This document shows positions 50,201 through 63,526 of a stretch of 64,000 nucleotides of DNA, piece after piece. Numbering within the stretch: the stretch's first letter is position 1; the number at the start of each line of letters is the position of its first letter. A model generated the notes under the pieces. The model searched no databases and was not told the origin of the DNA. It was given only the letters and a program-made list of their open reading frames with translations. This stretch comes from Phallusia mammillata (lineage: Eukaryota): the NCBI GenBank assembly GCA_965637545.1, contig OZ281494.1, positions 34,224,001 through 34,288,000 of the forward strand. The letters run 5' to 3'. The translations under genes and the position numbers were made by a program.

Positions 50201-53200
50201 TGGGATGGACAAAAATTTTCTCCTAAATACCATGCTTGTAAAAGTATTTTGTCCTGTGTTTTCTAGCTGTACAACTGCACTAAAAAAGCAACAGGTTTGC
50301 AAACCTATTCAAATAAAAAAGCATAAAAACCTGGCTGCAAAAAAGCACAAATAACTGTTTTTTCAGGGACCTGTTGTAATTTCCGCAACTGTAGCTCATG
50401 TTGTCTTTGTAATTCCATCATTTCAAGTTTATGTTGTTCCTCCAAGTTTTTGCAGTACTGCTCCTTACTGACATTTGCTAAACAAAACAACACATTAAAA
50501 GTTTCAAAAAAAGCAACTTTCTCCCCAACTAACCTTTTTTTGAAGTCCGAGAATCTTTTGTTTTAAGTAGAGGTTGAGATGTTGTACTTTCCTCAGAATC
50601 CGATGGCATTTCAAGACGTCGCTTCACATCACGACCAAAAACGCTATCGTTATTTGTTTCAGAACGAATTTCATCATCAATATCAGTTGAGTAAATTCTG
50701 CAAAGTGCATGTTTGAATTACAACATACCATAATTACTTGACTGTAAGCAACATGTTGTGAATTAGGGAAAATAATGTGAGTCATTAATTCATATAAAAG
50801 GCAATTAAATGCAATTTAATTAACACTATGTGCAGTCAAAACAATATTGGCTTGACATTAAAAATGTACAATCAGTATGTTTAACAAAAATGTATAAGCT
50901 ATGGCCTACAATTGTAAATATATATACTACCATCAAATAAAAAGAATAACAATAATAACTAAACCACATTGTCATAAAAATTACAATACCCTGTAGTCTC
51001 CAAAAGAATTATATGTTTAGTTAATATTTCTAACATTAATTGGAATATAAACCATTGTTTTAAAGGGGTCTAAGAGCATGTGGTACTAGCAAATCATTAA
51101 CAATTTTATTCTATAATTTACATATTGTTTGCTACAGAACCAAGGTAGAATTTCAATTCAACTCACGTATGTTCCTCTCGTGAGTTTATGAGAAGGGGTG
51201 AGGGAGCATGTGTCGAATACGAATTGCTTCTGGTTCGACCTTCACATTGTCGTTGCAGCTTTACCAATGTTGCTGTTTCAGAAGGAGAAACTAAACAACC
51301 ATCACAGCTTTGTTAAGCTAAATAGTGTCACAAACGAAAAAAATTATATTTAGAAGACACAGTTATATTACCTGTTACATTGTGTTTGTCAAATTGTTCA
51401 GATATAGATTCGATATCTTCTGTGGTCTGCGGAGTCTGCAAAAACAAAAAAATGCAGAAATCAGCTTTTGTGAGCTCCCTGAACCACTGTGAGCAACATT
51501 AGATGTACATGCTGTGGCCACACACCAGTTTGTGAGCAACGTATATTTTTGTGTGTATGCCTACACACAAGCTCCTTGAGTACATTCAGTGGCCATAGAC
51601 CAGTTTATGTGCAGCACAGACTTTCATGTATTCTTTAAATACACTGGTGTACAACTAGGCGCACATTACTTGTAAGATGCAAACAGCAAACTACCTCCTT
51701 GCCAATAAAAAAACAGCAAAATTTTTGTACTAATTAAACCATAACATAAGTACAGTGTAAGTTACCTCTTCTGATTCAAGCACTAGCTGATATGATGATA
51801 TAAGTGCTATTGTTTCTGGGGTAACAGTGGAAATAGTTGGTCCATCTGCTGATGTTTCACCCCAGTTGAATTTTGGTGTCAACACAGGTGATATATTTTC
51901 CTGTACTGAATCGTCAGAAGAACTTGGTGATTCGGTTTGTTGCTTTGTTGCTAAATCGTCAGCTAACTGACTTCCGATAATTGTTAAAGCTTGGTTAATT
52001 TGCTCTGACGCAGTGCAAGACAAATCTAAGTTTTCATCGTTATCTGAGTTTACATTATTAGCTTTATTAGGGGTATTTGGAGTTACAATATTTAGTTCAT
52101 CTCCAGTTTTTGGTTTATCAGTTTCACTTGCAATGCTATGAATTGACCCTGAGTCGATTTGAAACGAGGCATACATTGTCAATTCGCTGCGCACTTCTTC
52201 TAAAACAGAGTCAACCATGGAATCAGCAATAGCATCAGTGTCCGAACAGTCATTGGCAGCAGAACCTTGTCGTATGTTGTCTGCATTTTCAACGCTCGGA
52301 GTATGAGAAACTGTTGACGATAATGATGTGTCATCCTCACGTGTTTTAGGGACGATTGTAGCCTGCGTGTTGTTCGCCCAAATATTTTCAGTAGTTGTGG
52401 ATGATGTTCCAGAAAGTGACGGTGCTGTAACAAAAATGAAATACAGTAAAGGCAACTACAGAGAATGCACTCAATCTTAGTCTGCCAGGCCTATGGAATG
52501 CATAATACCGAAACAAGTCTCTCAAGCATTACCATACATAGCAAGACAGCGGCTAAAAATATCTAGCGTACAATGATATATTTGATTCACAACAGGAGCC
52601 TTTCCTGGGCTGGTGCTTTACCAACTGAGCTACATAGACTCGGTGGTAAACCCGCTAAAAGCCACTAATGACTTATACAAAGTAGTTTTATATGAAGTAG
52701 ATTTAAAAATAATGCAGTCTTAATAAGGGATACAATGCATGTGTATGCATAGTAAGGCTTTATTACATAGTCAAAAGTAAACAATCCAAATATTCATTAT
52801 AGATATACTCGACAGCTATAAACATTAAATCTTTATGCAGACCAGCAATCAACATAAAATCATTTTTATATGCAGTACACCATAATCACAAATCAATCAT
52901 TCTCATGTATCAAGGCATAAAACTTCTAGCAGGTGGTGGGATTTTAATCATCAACAAAAGCTCAACCAGGGCTGGTATTCTACTATATTAGCCTCACAGG
53001 CTAGGTGGTGAGCCTGTTAAAAGTGAAATAACAAGTACAAGGCCCACAAAAGTCCAAGCAGTGTATAATGGAACTAACCTGCTTCATTTGGTTGCTCAGG
53101 CTTTGACTTTTCAGGCATCGTAAATGTGTCATTTAAACTGGAGTTTATTGATTTTTGCAGAAGGTTTTGCAAACTTTTACGATATGCTGTAGTCTGAAAA

Positions 53201-55849
53201 CTTCCATCAGAACCAGATGATGATGACGATATGGTTGAAGTATTGACTTCTTTTTCAGTAGATGTTTCAACTGTTTCTGGTTCTGCTGTTGTTTCGGGAC
53301 ATTCTGAGTTATCTGTGAACAAAGAGGTGCATATGTTTAAAACAGTGGTTTTCAATATTTTTATCATCATTAACCCTGACAGACAAATTTTATTGAGGAT
53401 CTTTTCCAAAAACTAAAATTGTTAACTATAGCACCATAAAAAAACACATTATGGACCAAAAAAGTGGTAATGTAATTACTCTCCACAAAGAGTAAAATTA
53501 TTGAATTATTTTTTTTAGGAAACCAAATTTATGGAGCTTGTCAGGCAATTGTATTTAATACTGACGTTTCAACATCCTATACAGGTCGCCTTCATCAGGG
53601 TAAATAAAACTGAATATGTGTAGTACAGTACACAATAAAAAAAGGAATTAAATGCAAGCACGTGCCACTATGACTAGGGATGGGTCGAGAACTCGGTACT
53701 GGGTATTGAACGATTTCAGTGGTATCGATACTCGTACTCGGTATCATAATTTTTTGCCTCAGTTATTGATACCAACACTTGATACCGAAGGCCGGTTTAC
53801 ACTGTAAGAATAGGGGCAACTTTTTGCCAATATTTGCTTAGGACAGAACAAAATAGGGAAAAACTTCTGCCAGGTTACGGATATTTTTTTCACTATCTTG
53901 TGGAGATTATATTTTTCTGCGCTTGTGTGTGCGTGCCTGTATCCCAGCCATGGCAGATAAATTAGCTAGTGATATACAACTAAATACAATACTATATTTA
54001 GGTACTCGGTAATCGATATCGAAGGTATATACATGTGGTACTCGTACTCGGTATTGGTACTCGCTTCAAAATCTGGTATCGTCCCATCACTAACTACAAC
54101 TACAATTAAACTACTAAGCGCATTTAGTGTTATGTACCCTAATAAAGGTGACCTGTATAGGGCGTCCAAGTGTCTGTATATAATACAATTTGCCAGAAGA
54201 GCTCTATAAATTTAATATCACGCCTGGCAACAACAGCTGATATATTTGATAGTTACCTTTTAAGGTGCATGCTGCTATGTTATCGTCTTCATATGATATC
54301 TTTTGAGTCTCATTAGTCTCATTAAGAACCAATTGATTTATCTTTATGTTATGGAGGTCGCTTTCTTCACATGTAGTACTGTTAGCCAGGGGAATTTTCG
54401 GGGAGCTTTCCTGACTTGATGATGGTGACGTTTCAGTTATCTAAAATAACACATCTTTTTATATTACACCAACCCTGTCATTTTAAAAAAACAAGATTGA
54501 TTGATAATTTTAAGCACATTTACGAACTGCCTACACTAGATAAACAATCGACAATATACATAAACAGCTTCATAGTATAAAATCAACAATTATGTGGAAT
54601 TATTTATATACTTACAGTAGCTAAGGCAAACATACACACATACTAGGATCAGCACTTCAGCGTTTATGCAGACCAAGCATCATGGGATACTCATTTATAG
54701 ATCATAAATGGGCACCAGACCCATTAATGGCATTTTACTGAATCAAGGTGGTCATCCAAGAATTCTCATGTCGCAATGCACAGGCTAGAAAAATCTAGCC
54801 ACGAGTGGGATCACCACTGGTGATTACCTAATTTAAAGCTGACATGTGCAGCATACAAGGCAATTGTAATTCATCTAACCATCTTTTGGCTGGCTCACCT
54901 CTGAGCCTGTGTAGCTCTGACCATGAGTCCCGCAAAGACTACTGTTGTGGGTTCGCATCCCACAGCAGGGAAGATTTTGATTGCCATACGGAAATGCTTC
55001 GGATATCGACTTAATTCAGTTTAACGCCTTCAATGAGCCTGGCTTACTTTGATTTATACATATCGACACCTTTAAGCTATAGGAACCAGGCAAACACTTA
55101 CATCAACAGTGGACAAAATTGCTTCAACTCTTGTTATCAGTTTAGTGCGCGAATGCTGACGCTTTTTTCTTTCTTTTTCAAGTGCTTTGGATCTGTAGGT
55201 CAACATTTCTGATCTTGCTGTTCCACACAGCTGCAAAATACATTGAAAAAATTACAAATCTAAAACCAAGACCATGGTAATGACAAAAGTATCAACAACA
55301 ACAATAAAACAAAACACAAGTGTGTCAATTTTTAGATCAAAAAGGGCAATTCAAAACAACTGTTAGTATTATTACCAATGGTGGAAGGATGGGTCGTTTG
55401 TAAAACACAATTGTGGACTGTTTCACAGCAGACCGGGGAGAATGACATCCACATGATGAATCAGAAATCCAGCTTGAGTTGCTGCTGTTTGTTGTTGACG
55501 AGCCATGACTTCGATCCAAACTACTGCCACTGATATCCTGAATATAGAAATACAATTACATCAATACAAATGTAACCTTTAATGTGTACAAGTCAATGTT
55601 CCGATTTTGACTTACTAATGTCTGATTACTAAGAACTTTATTATTGTTAGCTGACAAAAGAGTTAACTTCTCACACAAATGTTTAAAAAAACACTTGTAC
55701 AGTTTTGCCAGAAACATTTAAATTTATGTACCAAAACTTTATTAAGTAATTACCAGAAAAAATTCTGCAATTCTTACCCGTAATGAATCTGAAACAGGGC
55801 ATGCTGGTGGAGGCATTAACAGTTGATCTAAAATCTTCTCTATTTCCAT
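47242..55849 (-). CDS. CCP110: Centriolar coiled-coil protein 110 (CP110), about 893 aa
   Basis: Exons 55849-55778, 55537-55376, 55230-55102, 54440-54257, 53312-53079, 52424-51766, 51435-51372, 51290-51167, 50697-50534, 50477-50371, 50146-50009, 49645-49535, 49298-49194, 49059-48949, 48574-48501, 47860-47822, 47529-47496, 47412-47242 (2682 nt, frame-consistent). Blocks matching recalled human CP110: STIVFYKRPILPPL...KLITRVEAILSTV (SLIRFHGVAILSPL...ALLTRVQEILDNV), SLQNLLQKS, SALVKGHLTRQLL, QDATLLDRLFLQLRVSMFEFHAMFF, LSSATLKALQRKK. The first exon is the least certain. Confidence 0.88.
47600..47745 (-). mobile_element. tRNA-derived SINE fragment
   Basis: Minus strand GGCTCCTGTCGTGGGTTCGAATCCCACTGCAGGCTAGATTTTT contains a Pol III B box. 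Related fragments occur at 10.26, 52.6, 54.8 and 54.9 kb. Confidence 0.6.
47910..48196. mobile_element. TA-flanked MITE in a CCP110 intron
   Basis: Perfect 21-bp TIRs AGCTGCAGACAGTGCACACTG, with TA on both flanks. Confidence 0.75.
52550..52640 (-). mobile_element. tRNA-derived SINE fragment (A box)
   Basis: Minus strand GTAGCTCAGTTGGTAAAGCACCAGCCCAGGAAAGGCTCCTGTTGTG: an A box plus the same GGCTCCTGT segment as the 47.7-kb copy. B box decayed. Confidence 0.55.
53675..54092. mobile_element. hAT (Ac-like, TAGGG terminus) MITE in a CCP110 intron
   Basis: TIRs TAGGGATGGGTCGA / TCGTCCCATCACTA (12/14). TSD ACTATGAC / ACTACAAC. Many subterminal GGTACTCG/GGTATC motifs. Confidence 0.72.
54905..54975 (+). 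mobile_element. tRNA-derived SINE fragment
   Basis: TGTGTAGCTC...CTGTTGTGGGTTCGCATCCCACAGCAGG: partial A box and B box. Confidence 0.5.
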
Positions 55850-56642
55850 TTTTATTTAGGCCATTTATTAGCAAGTGTGCTTAATTTTCTGCACAAACAA
55901 CCAAAGTTAAAGCACCAATTTTTATTTGCTGTAAAGCTGTGTTTAAATGTTAAAAAGCTACTAAGCAGTTGGTCGTTGCAACGTCTCGAAATTCCAAAAC
56001 GACTCAAGTCAAAGCTAACAGTTTCATTCTTTCCCGCAACTGCCGCCATTCAACCGTTGGTTCGAATCAATTGTTTGCACAGATCGAAATCCTTAAAGGT
56101 GGTGCAAAGTTTAAAACGATCTTTCGCTGTAAACGCGACGTAAACAAATATAAAATAAGATAACATTTTTGATCAATCAGTCATTTATTTTTTTGGCTAG
56201 GAACTGCACAAATATTATCAAAAATCGAAAATAAATTCTTGTTTATTTTAGTGCTTTGCGTCTTTAAATAAAATGACGTCACAGTCATTCAACCGATAAA
56301 AAATTCACGCTTGAACGATTTAGTTCGTCAACACATCTCATTTGAAACGATTCGGTTGAAATTGAAAAACGGCTTGAGTTTATATTGTTGCAAGTCTTAA
56401 AAACAAATCAATAAAGTCGTATTTGTTTGTCAGAACTAAGACTTTAAACTAGAACTTGAGTTAAGTGGCGTGTTAAGTATGGTGGTAAGGTTTAGTACCA
56501 ACAAAGTGATTGGTTTAGCTTAAAGAAATCTAATGTTTTACAATAATATTTATTGTAATTTTATGATTCACGTTTTAATTTAGATTTGGTGTGTTAGTTT
56601 ATATGTTTTACTGTATTGTGCTGGACGCTTTAACGTTTTGTA
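55850..56642. promoter_or_regulatory. Putative bidirectional promoter between CCP110 and SCLT1
   Basis: 793 bp between the divergent ATGs. Contains a forkhead-type GTAAACAAATA (56140-56150) and a CRE palindrome TGACGTCA (56274-56281). The motifs are short and their function is inferred. Confidence 0.55.
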
Positions 56643-59600
56643 ATGGAAGAAAAATCTGCAATTGATGAGATAGTTTTTTTGCGACAAACTGTACATCGAC
56701 TAAATGCTGTGTTATCACAATATCAAGGAATTGATGCATTTTCTGCTGATCCAAGTGTAAGTTTCTATGAAATTTGTTGAATAAAGTTTTTTTTCAACCT
56801 TTTATTGCTGCTGTTCGAAATCTGAACTTACGTAAATGATGATACTACAACAATAAAAACATTTTCTTGTTTTTTTTCAATTTTTTTTATCAAAAAATTT
56901 TTTCATTTCATTTTATACCTTTTCATTTTGTTTTTAGAAAGCACATGAAGATTTGCCATCAGCGAAATGGCTTGCTGACCCAATAACTCTTTCACCCCTT
57001 ATTCATGAATACGATTCTCAACTTTCTGAATTGCATGCACAGCTTGAAAGACTTTCCCAAGAAAGCAAAGAATCTCATGCAAGACTGCAGGTGGTTTACA
57101 CATATCAGTGAATTTATTTGTTTTATTCCTGAATTGTCAGTTATTTAGGACAAGAGTTAGACTTAAGGTTTATCACAAAGCATGGTTAGGATGCAAGCAT
57201 AGACAATAACGATTTTTTAGACTGTGAACGAGGAAAACAAAAGACTCCATGCCGAATTACAAGAAGCAATTCAGCAACAGCTACATGACGTGGAAAGTTC
57301 AGGTAAAAAAAAACTTCAAAAATTTAAAATTTAGGCCTGAACGTGTCGCTAATTTGACCATGAAAAATGAAGCTTAAACCAATTTTACCCATTCTTACAA
57401 TATTTTGGCAGTGGTATGCTTGCTGTATATTTGAGTTATACAGTATATTTTGTACTTTTTCTAGAGCTAGGAAATCCACAAGATGATGTTATGCTTAAAA
57501 ACCTCCAGTCTCAACTGGAACTGGCCTACAGAGAGCGAGATGCAGCCATTGAAATGAACAAGGAGACAGTCCAGCTTCTTGACAAGTATGCAACAGATTA
57601 TGTTACTTTATGTTTCAATCTCTTTGGAATTTTGTAGTAAGATTTTTTTCTGCTATGTTTGGAAAAAAATCGTCCAATTTCAGTAAAGTTAAAACTTGCT
57701 GAAATTTAAAATCTAGTTTGTCACCAACGGATTTATGCGAACGTGAACATGTATACCAAAATATACATGTACTGACAGCCGTGAATTGATTAAAACTGTT
57801 TTGATGGACATTTAGCTTTAAAAACCTGAGTTTTATGGTATTAAACATATCACCAGACTGGTGGCCATATGCATCAGATTTTTTGTCTGCCTATTATGGA
57901 CAAATAATGCCAAAACAGGCACCTATGTGTCTCAATGTAGATGATGACATCATAAACAGTTAAGATTGATTCCAAATATCTTTTTTTAATTCCTCTCACC
58001 TATTAGAGAATAAAAAAGCACCAAACATTGATCCTAATTAATCAAAAACTTTTCCAGAATGAGGTTCGAGGGCAAAGCTGAGTTGTCTCACATAAAATCA
58101 CAGGAGAGAATTTTTAATGAAACCAAAGCAAGGAACGAACAACTTGAAGATGCCAACCTTAAAATGCAACAGACAATCGAAGTCATGCACAAGGAGAATC
58201 AGGCATTTGCCCTTGCCACCACACAACAAGTAAGTTTAGACATGTGTGATATCCACTACATGTGTCATACTGTCAAACTGTGGATGATTTTATGTCAATG
58301 TGGTAAACAACAAACTGCCAAGCATCACTACTATATGTTACATGTTTTAATTTTTAAATCATGGGCAAAACTAGACTGGAATCATGTAACTACAAGATAG
58401 TATTTTTCTAACATAAAAAACTGGGGGACTAAAATGTTTGCTAAATTAAAAAGACTATTTTTTATGACTAAAATTGGTTTTTGTTTTAGATGAATGAACT
58501 GAAACGTGTTCAAGAACAACAACGAGAATCAAAACTAAATCTTCGGCAAAGCAGCCAGCGTGAAGACGATTACAAGAAGATGGTTGACAGTTTGAAACAT
58601 CAAATTACAAGCCTGGTAATATTACCTGCATGAAAAACCCTGCTACTTTTACCTGATCAAGTTATTTGCCTCTGTTTATATATATATATAGCATTTTACT
58701 GTACCTAAATAAAGCTTGATCTCAATAAAAAGTTACAAGATAAACATCTGGTATTTGAACGGAAAACAAAGTACTTTTATTCTAATCGTTATGCAAACTA
58801 ATATAGCTATAGTTCTAGGCACAAAATTATTTTTTTTACGTAGTAACCATATGTTGGGTATGCGTCTTCAAGCATAGTCGTAAAAAAATCATTTCTCTAA
58901 TCACATAAAATTATTTGCCCTGTAAGTCCCGATTTTTTTTCAGCATGGACCTAAATTATCTCTGGCCCTAATGAAAAGTTATAAAAGACTATAAATAGAG
59001 GTTTTCCTTTTATTTGCACAAGTATTTTAACACATGTTACTTATTTCAATAGCTGTGTTGGTTGAGCCCTATTGTTCATAGCCACATGATTTTTTAATAA
59101 AAATGTTTTAGGATGAGGAACGAAAGACTTTGCAGCACAACGAAAGGATGAACTTGACAACGATACAACAACTGGAAAATTCTGTGGTTGAAACTGAAAG
59201 CAAACTAGCTCAAGCTTTACAGGTTGAAACATTTAAATGGTCGTGTTTTTGTTTTTTATGCTAATGAGATTTGGGTTGTACAGAAATGTCACAGATTTTT
59301 ATTGAGTTCCTATGCTGTACAAGTTTTGTCAATCATTCAATGTGGATTTAACATTTAATGTCAAGTCAGCGAATCCTGTTACTTAATAAAGCTTGAAAAC
59401 AAACATTATTTGAATTTAAAGTATTTGGAGGATTAAAAGGAAATGTATTTATGATGTAATAAATGGGGATTATCATAAAATGAAACTTTCAGTAATGGTA
59501 GGCATTGTATAATAGCATGTGTGATTAGTTGCAACTGAAATATTGCAAAAAACTTAGAATTGGTGGTCACACTGGTTTTTAAATAAACCTGTGCATGGGA

Positions 59601-62600
59601 TTTCATGAGTTCTCAAAACTGATTGCGTGTAGTAAAAAAAATTTACTGCATAAGTTTCATAAAAAATATGTTTGTCATTTTAAAGTTTTTTTTTAATCTG
59701 CGTTTCTGAAACAAATCGTTGCTATATCCAATGGTTTCCAAACCAAAATCCAAGTATAAAACAAGTATTCATACTTACTGCTTTTTATCTATAACACCTG
59801 CATTGTATTACAATGCATGTTTTGTTGCAGTACAACACAAATGCCCAGTCGCAAATTGATTCCCTTAAAATTCGCATCGTGGCACTGGAAAAAACGAACA
59901 GCGAGATTGAAGGAAAAGAGATGAACTACTTAATGCAGGTGGGTTACGAGCAAAAATAAAAACAAAAGCTACATACAAAAATCCTCTACTTTGTCAAACG
60001 AACTAATAGATAAAAACTGACAGAAAAGTGGGTAGATCCTTTCAGATTGTTACAAAAAATGTGTTTATCCTAAATTTATTTTTGTGGCTTTCTGTGTTTA
60101 TACAAAATTGGGCATTTTAGAGTTTAAGCTTTAGGTAAATTTAGCGCAAATTGAGTTATTTTAAATCCAATGACTGTGTTACAAAAGATACGAGAAAGTG
60201 CTCAGCTGCTCGACGACGCCCTGCTCGCTCGCGACTCAGCGCTCATCCGAGAAAAGCAGCGTCAGGAGGACGTAGAGAAGGCGTCGGTTGCCATGGAAAC
60301 GCTGGTGGATGAGGTGGCGGATAGGATCCGGAGCGAGGTGGACAAAGTGAACTCACAAACCGAAGTGAAGATTCAGCGATTGGTTCAAGAAATCGAAGTG
60401 AGATTTGATTTAATGAAATAAAAAAGTGGTAGATTTCTTTCTATGTATGCTTTCCAAACAGAAAGAAAGAGAAAAATATGTCCACCCCAGCAACATGGCG
60501 GGGGACATAGCAATTTTGGCTATGCAGATTACATAATGGATAATAAATCCCTTTCATATGATTGTTTTACAAAAACTTCGAGATTTATTTTCCTGCAGAC
60601 CTTAGAATTGGAGGCAGCCAACTTGAGATTGTAAGGGGAGGAGGAGGAGCTTGAATCTGTGATCCGACAGAGAAAGGAGGATCAGAATCAGCCGAGGTTG
60701 GAGGAGTTTCAACGGAGAACAATCAATGCTGAGAGAGCAAGAGACGACGCCTTGATAACAATACAGGTAGATCAGTTGTTTTCGAATTAAGTTTTGGCTT
60801 AAGGCTGGGTAAAACCTGCTTAAATAAATGAATAAATCAATACATATGACTTAAATTTATTGTAAAAACAATAATTCAGCACAATTTCTTCCCTAGTCAC
60901 TGGAAGATCGACTGAAGCGCTCCAGGATGGAGAGTGAAGACGAGAAGATGAGACTCCTCTCATCCAACCAATCCCTGGAGCAGAGGGTAAATCGGATTCA
61001 ACGTGAGATGGAGGAATCGCAACACGAACGACTTCATCTTCTCGAAACTGTCAATCAAAGCAAACATCATACACAGGTGGGCGTTGCCGATCGTTAACTG
61101 CATGTGATTGGTGGAAAAAGGGGCGTGGCGTTTGTTAAGAGCTACTTGTAGAAACGCGCCGTATTGTAGTTAAGAGACACTGATGGATTATAATAACAAA
61201 ATGAGTTAAAAATAAACATTTGTCTTTAGAAACTGGAAGCTGAGGCAAGGTCAGCTCGACTGAACGCTGCTAAGGAGTTTACAACGAGTAAAGACACCTT
61301 GGAACGAGAGAAGAAGCAACTGCAATGTCGGTTGAAGAGCGTGGATGATACAAACCGCAACAGTGTCCGTCAACTTCACAAAATGTTAGCTGACCAGCAA
61401 AGGATCAATGCCAGGTAGTTTGGGTTCAGGATTGTGCAATAACCATCTATTATTGCTTAACATTAATGGGATAAAGCGCAGTATCAGATAATTGTTGCGT
61501 ATAATCGAGTCAGTATTGCTCAATGTTTAATCGCAATTACTAGAGCCATTATTTTTTGACTTGTCAAAAAAAGTCTAAATTTTGTCAAAATTTTTGGAAT
61601 AGGTCAAAAATTGTCAAAATTCTTCACAAAGTCAAAATTTTGTACAAAGTTAAAATAGTTTACAAACTGCATTGTCATGGTGTTGTAGAGGTTGCACTGC
61701 CAGCAAACTATTCGTTTTACACCTTGTAGCTTACTTTATACTGTTGTAATTGGCCCATTGCCTACTTATTGTGAATCATAAACCATAAAGTGAGTGATGC
61801 TCAACACATCTCAAAACATGCAAAATTCTGGTAGGTCCCAAGTCATTTTACGGCAGCTGCAGGTTAGGTGCAGCTCTTGCTTCGGTTTTGCTTTAGGTAT
61901 TTCATGTATCTTTCGTTTAGACAAATGTATTGAATAATTTTCGTTGTGTCTTAGCTGCAGTTTTTTGACAGTGATTTTTAATTAGCTCATTTCCCTTTTC
62001 AGAACAGGCTAGGTCTGTGTTCAGATTTTTGCCCTTCTGTTAGACATTTGCTCTACAGATAGCCTACAGCCATATTTTAACTTTTTGTACGATAATGTGT
62101 AATTTAACTACTTGAATTTTTCATAGGTCAAAATTTTGTCAAAAAAACGTTTTTTAAAGTCAAAATTTTCAATTTGTAGGTCAAAATTTTTCTTTTTTAG
62201 GTCAAAAAATAATTGCCCTAGTAATTACCTAATGGATCATCAAGTCATGGCTCTTTGATGCAGAAGAAGACGCGGCTTAACAACGAATTGTTCGGTTTAA
62301 CGGCAACAATTGGGAAAGATCATGCCGCGCAGTGTTTGGACGAGCACAGTTGTTGATCTGCTTTCAAACACATCAAATCAACGCTTGTTTGTATGCATTT
62401 CAGGTGGAAGGAAGAAACGAAGAGCGCAGTGGAGAGATACGAAGACAAGATTAAAGATATCCAGTCTCAACTCGCACAGAACAGACGCAAATGTCACGAC
62501 CTCACCAACAAATTACAGGTTAACAAATCTCATCAACTTTGCATCTAATTAAACGAAAAATCGCAATGTCCTTCACGGGTGAAAGTAAAATGTCACTTAA

Positions 62601-63526
62601 AACAATGATAATGTTTGTGTTTCTAGAAAAAGGTTTTGCGCAAAATCTGCAATGAAATTCTTGACAATTAAAGTATTTGTGTTTTAATTTCTCTGGAATT
62701 TCTGTTTTAAATAACGTCAGTGTTTAAAAACGACCATCTTCATTTGAGTCTGTGGATATTTTTTCTCGCAGTGTCAGGAACTGAAGGCTCCTGAGATCAT
62801 GGTTGAAAACATACCACCGGTCCAGGAGAGCCACGTAAGCGTATATGTCATTGCCTCGTAATTTAACATCAGTAGTTTTGGTCGGTTTGCAGATAATCCC
62901 AACTTTTTTACCGAATTTGTCTACATCAGTAAAATAAAGTATAGTTTGGTGTGCTGTGTTGTATCGATTTCATAGAAGTATTATCAATTTACCAGTCAGT
63001 ATGCTTGCCACGAGTGTATTTTGAAAACCAACTAATAATGCGATTCATTCCCTGCAGGGGACACATTTTTATTTAGTCTGTATTTTTCTCCTATGATGTG
63101 TAATTGTAATCTATAGATTATTTTTCAAAGCAGGAGCATTTATTTGACGTTAAATTTACAACAGACGTACGATTATAGCGATATGCTCATTAAAACAAAC
63201 AAAAAAAAACAAATTGAAATTATGTAAACAGCAAATTGTTTATTTTAAGAAAAGCATTATCAGCTATTTTTGTCTTTGTTTGTTTTCTAAGTTATCAATC
63301 ACCATGTTATGATCCAAATGTTTTTATTCCAACTGACTTTGTATTATTTCAGGCCACAACACGAGCACAGTCGAGCAATGACCTTAAAATTCCTCAACTG
63401 GAAGAAACGAACCGCCAACTGCGAGCCAAGCTTCACACCACGGAATACAAACTGTTGAATGCGACACAAAAACTGGGCGATATTCAGGCTTTGCAGAACT
63501 CCTTTACTTTGCAAGATCTACACTAG
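56643..63526 (+). CDS. SCLT1: Sodium channel and clathrin linker 1 (centriole distal appendage protein); in-frame TAA at 60632-60634 in this copy
   Basis: Exons 56643-56756, 56938-57090, 57221-57302, 57465-57585, 58058-58229, 58490-58615, 59112-59222, 59831-59938, 60188-60397, 60599-60766, 60897-61076, 61230-61414, 62404-62518, 62772-62834, 63353-63526. Matches to recalled human SCLT1: IVFLRQTVHRLN, LSPLIHEYDSQL, NLQSQLELA, SAQLLDDALLARDSALIREKQRQEDVEK, DDTNRNSVRQLHKMLADQQRINARWKEETK. Confidence 0.88.
60287..60300. promoter_or_regulatory. Consensus RFX X-box (GTTGCCATGGAAAC) inside SCLT1 coding exon 9; second copy at 63918-63931
   Basis: Exact fit to GTHNYYATRRNAAC. It also encodes V-A-M-E-T, so it may be coincidental. 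Confidence 0.35.
61541..62220. mobile_element. hAT (TAGGG terminus) MITE in SCLT1 intron 12
   Basis: 20-bp TIRs (18/20), TSD GCAATTAC / GTAATTAC, arrays of GTCAAAA subterminal repeats at both ends. Confidence 0.78.

Noticed and set aside
55852-56049. MAAVAGKNET... as the CCP110 start
   Set aside because: It could splice in phase 0 (donor at 56019), but MEIEKILDQLL (55849) has a stronger donor and better resembles the CP110 N-terminus. Kept only as a possible uORF or alternative start.
60631-60649. Micro-intron (GTAAGG...AG) that would remove the SCLT1 stop
   Set aside because: Available AGs give lengths of 5, 10, 13, 16 or 19 nt. These are too short to splice and none is a multiple of 3.
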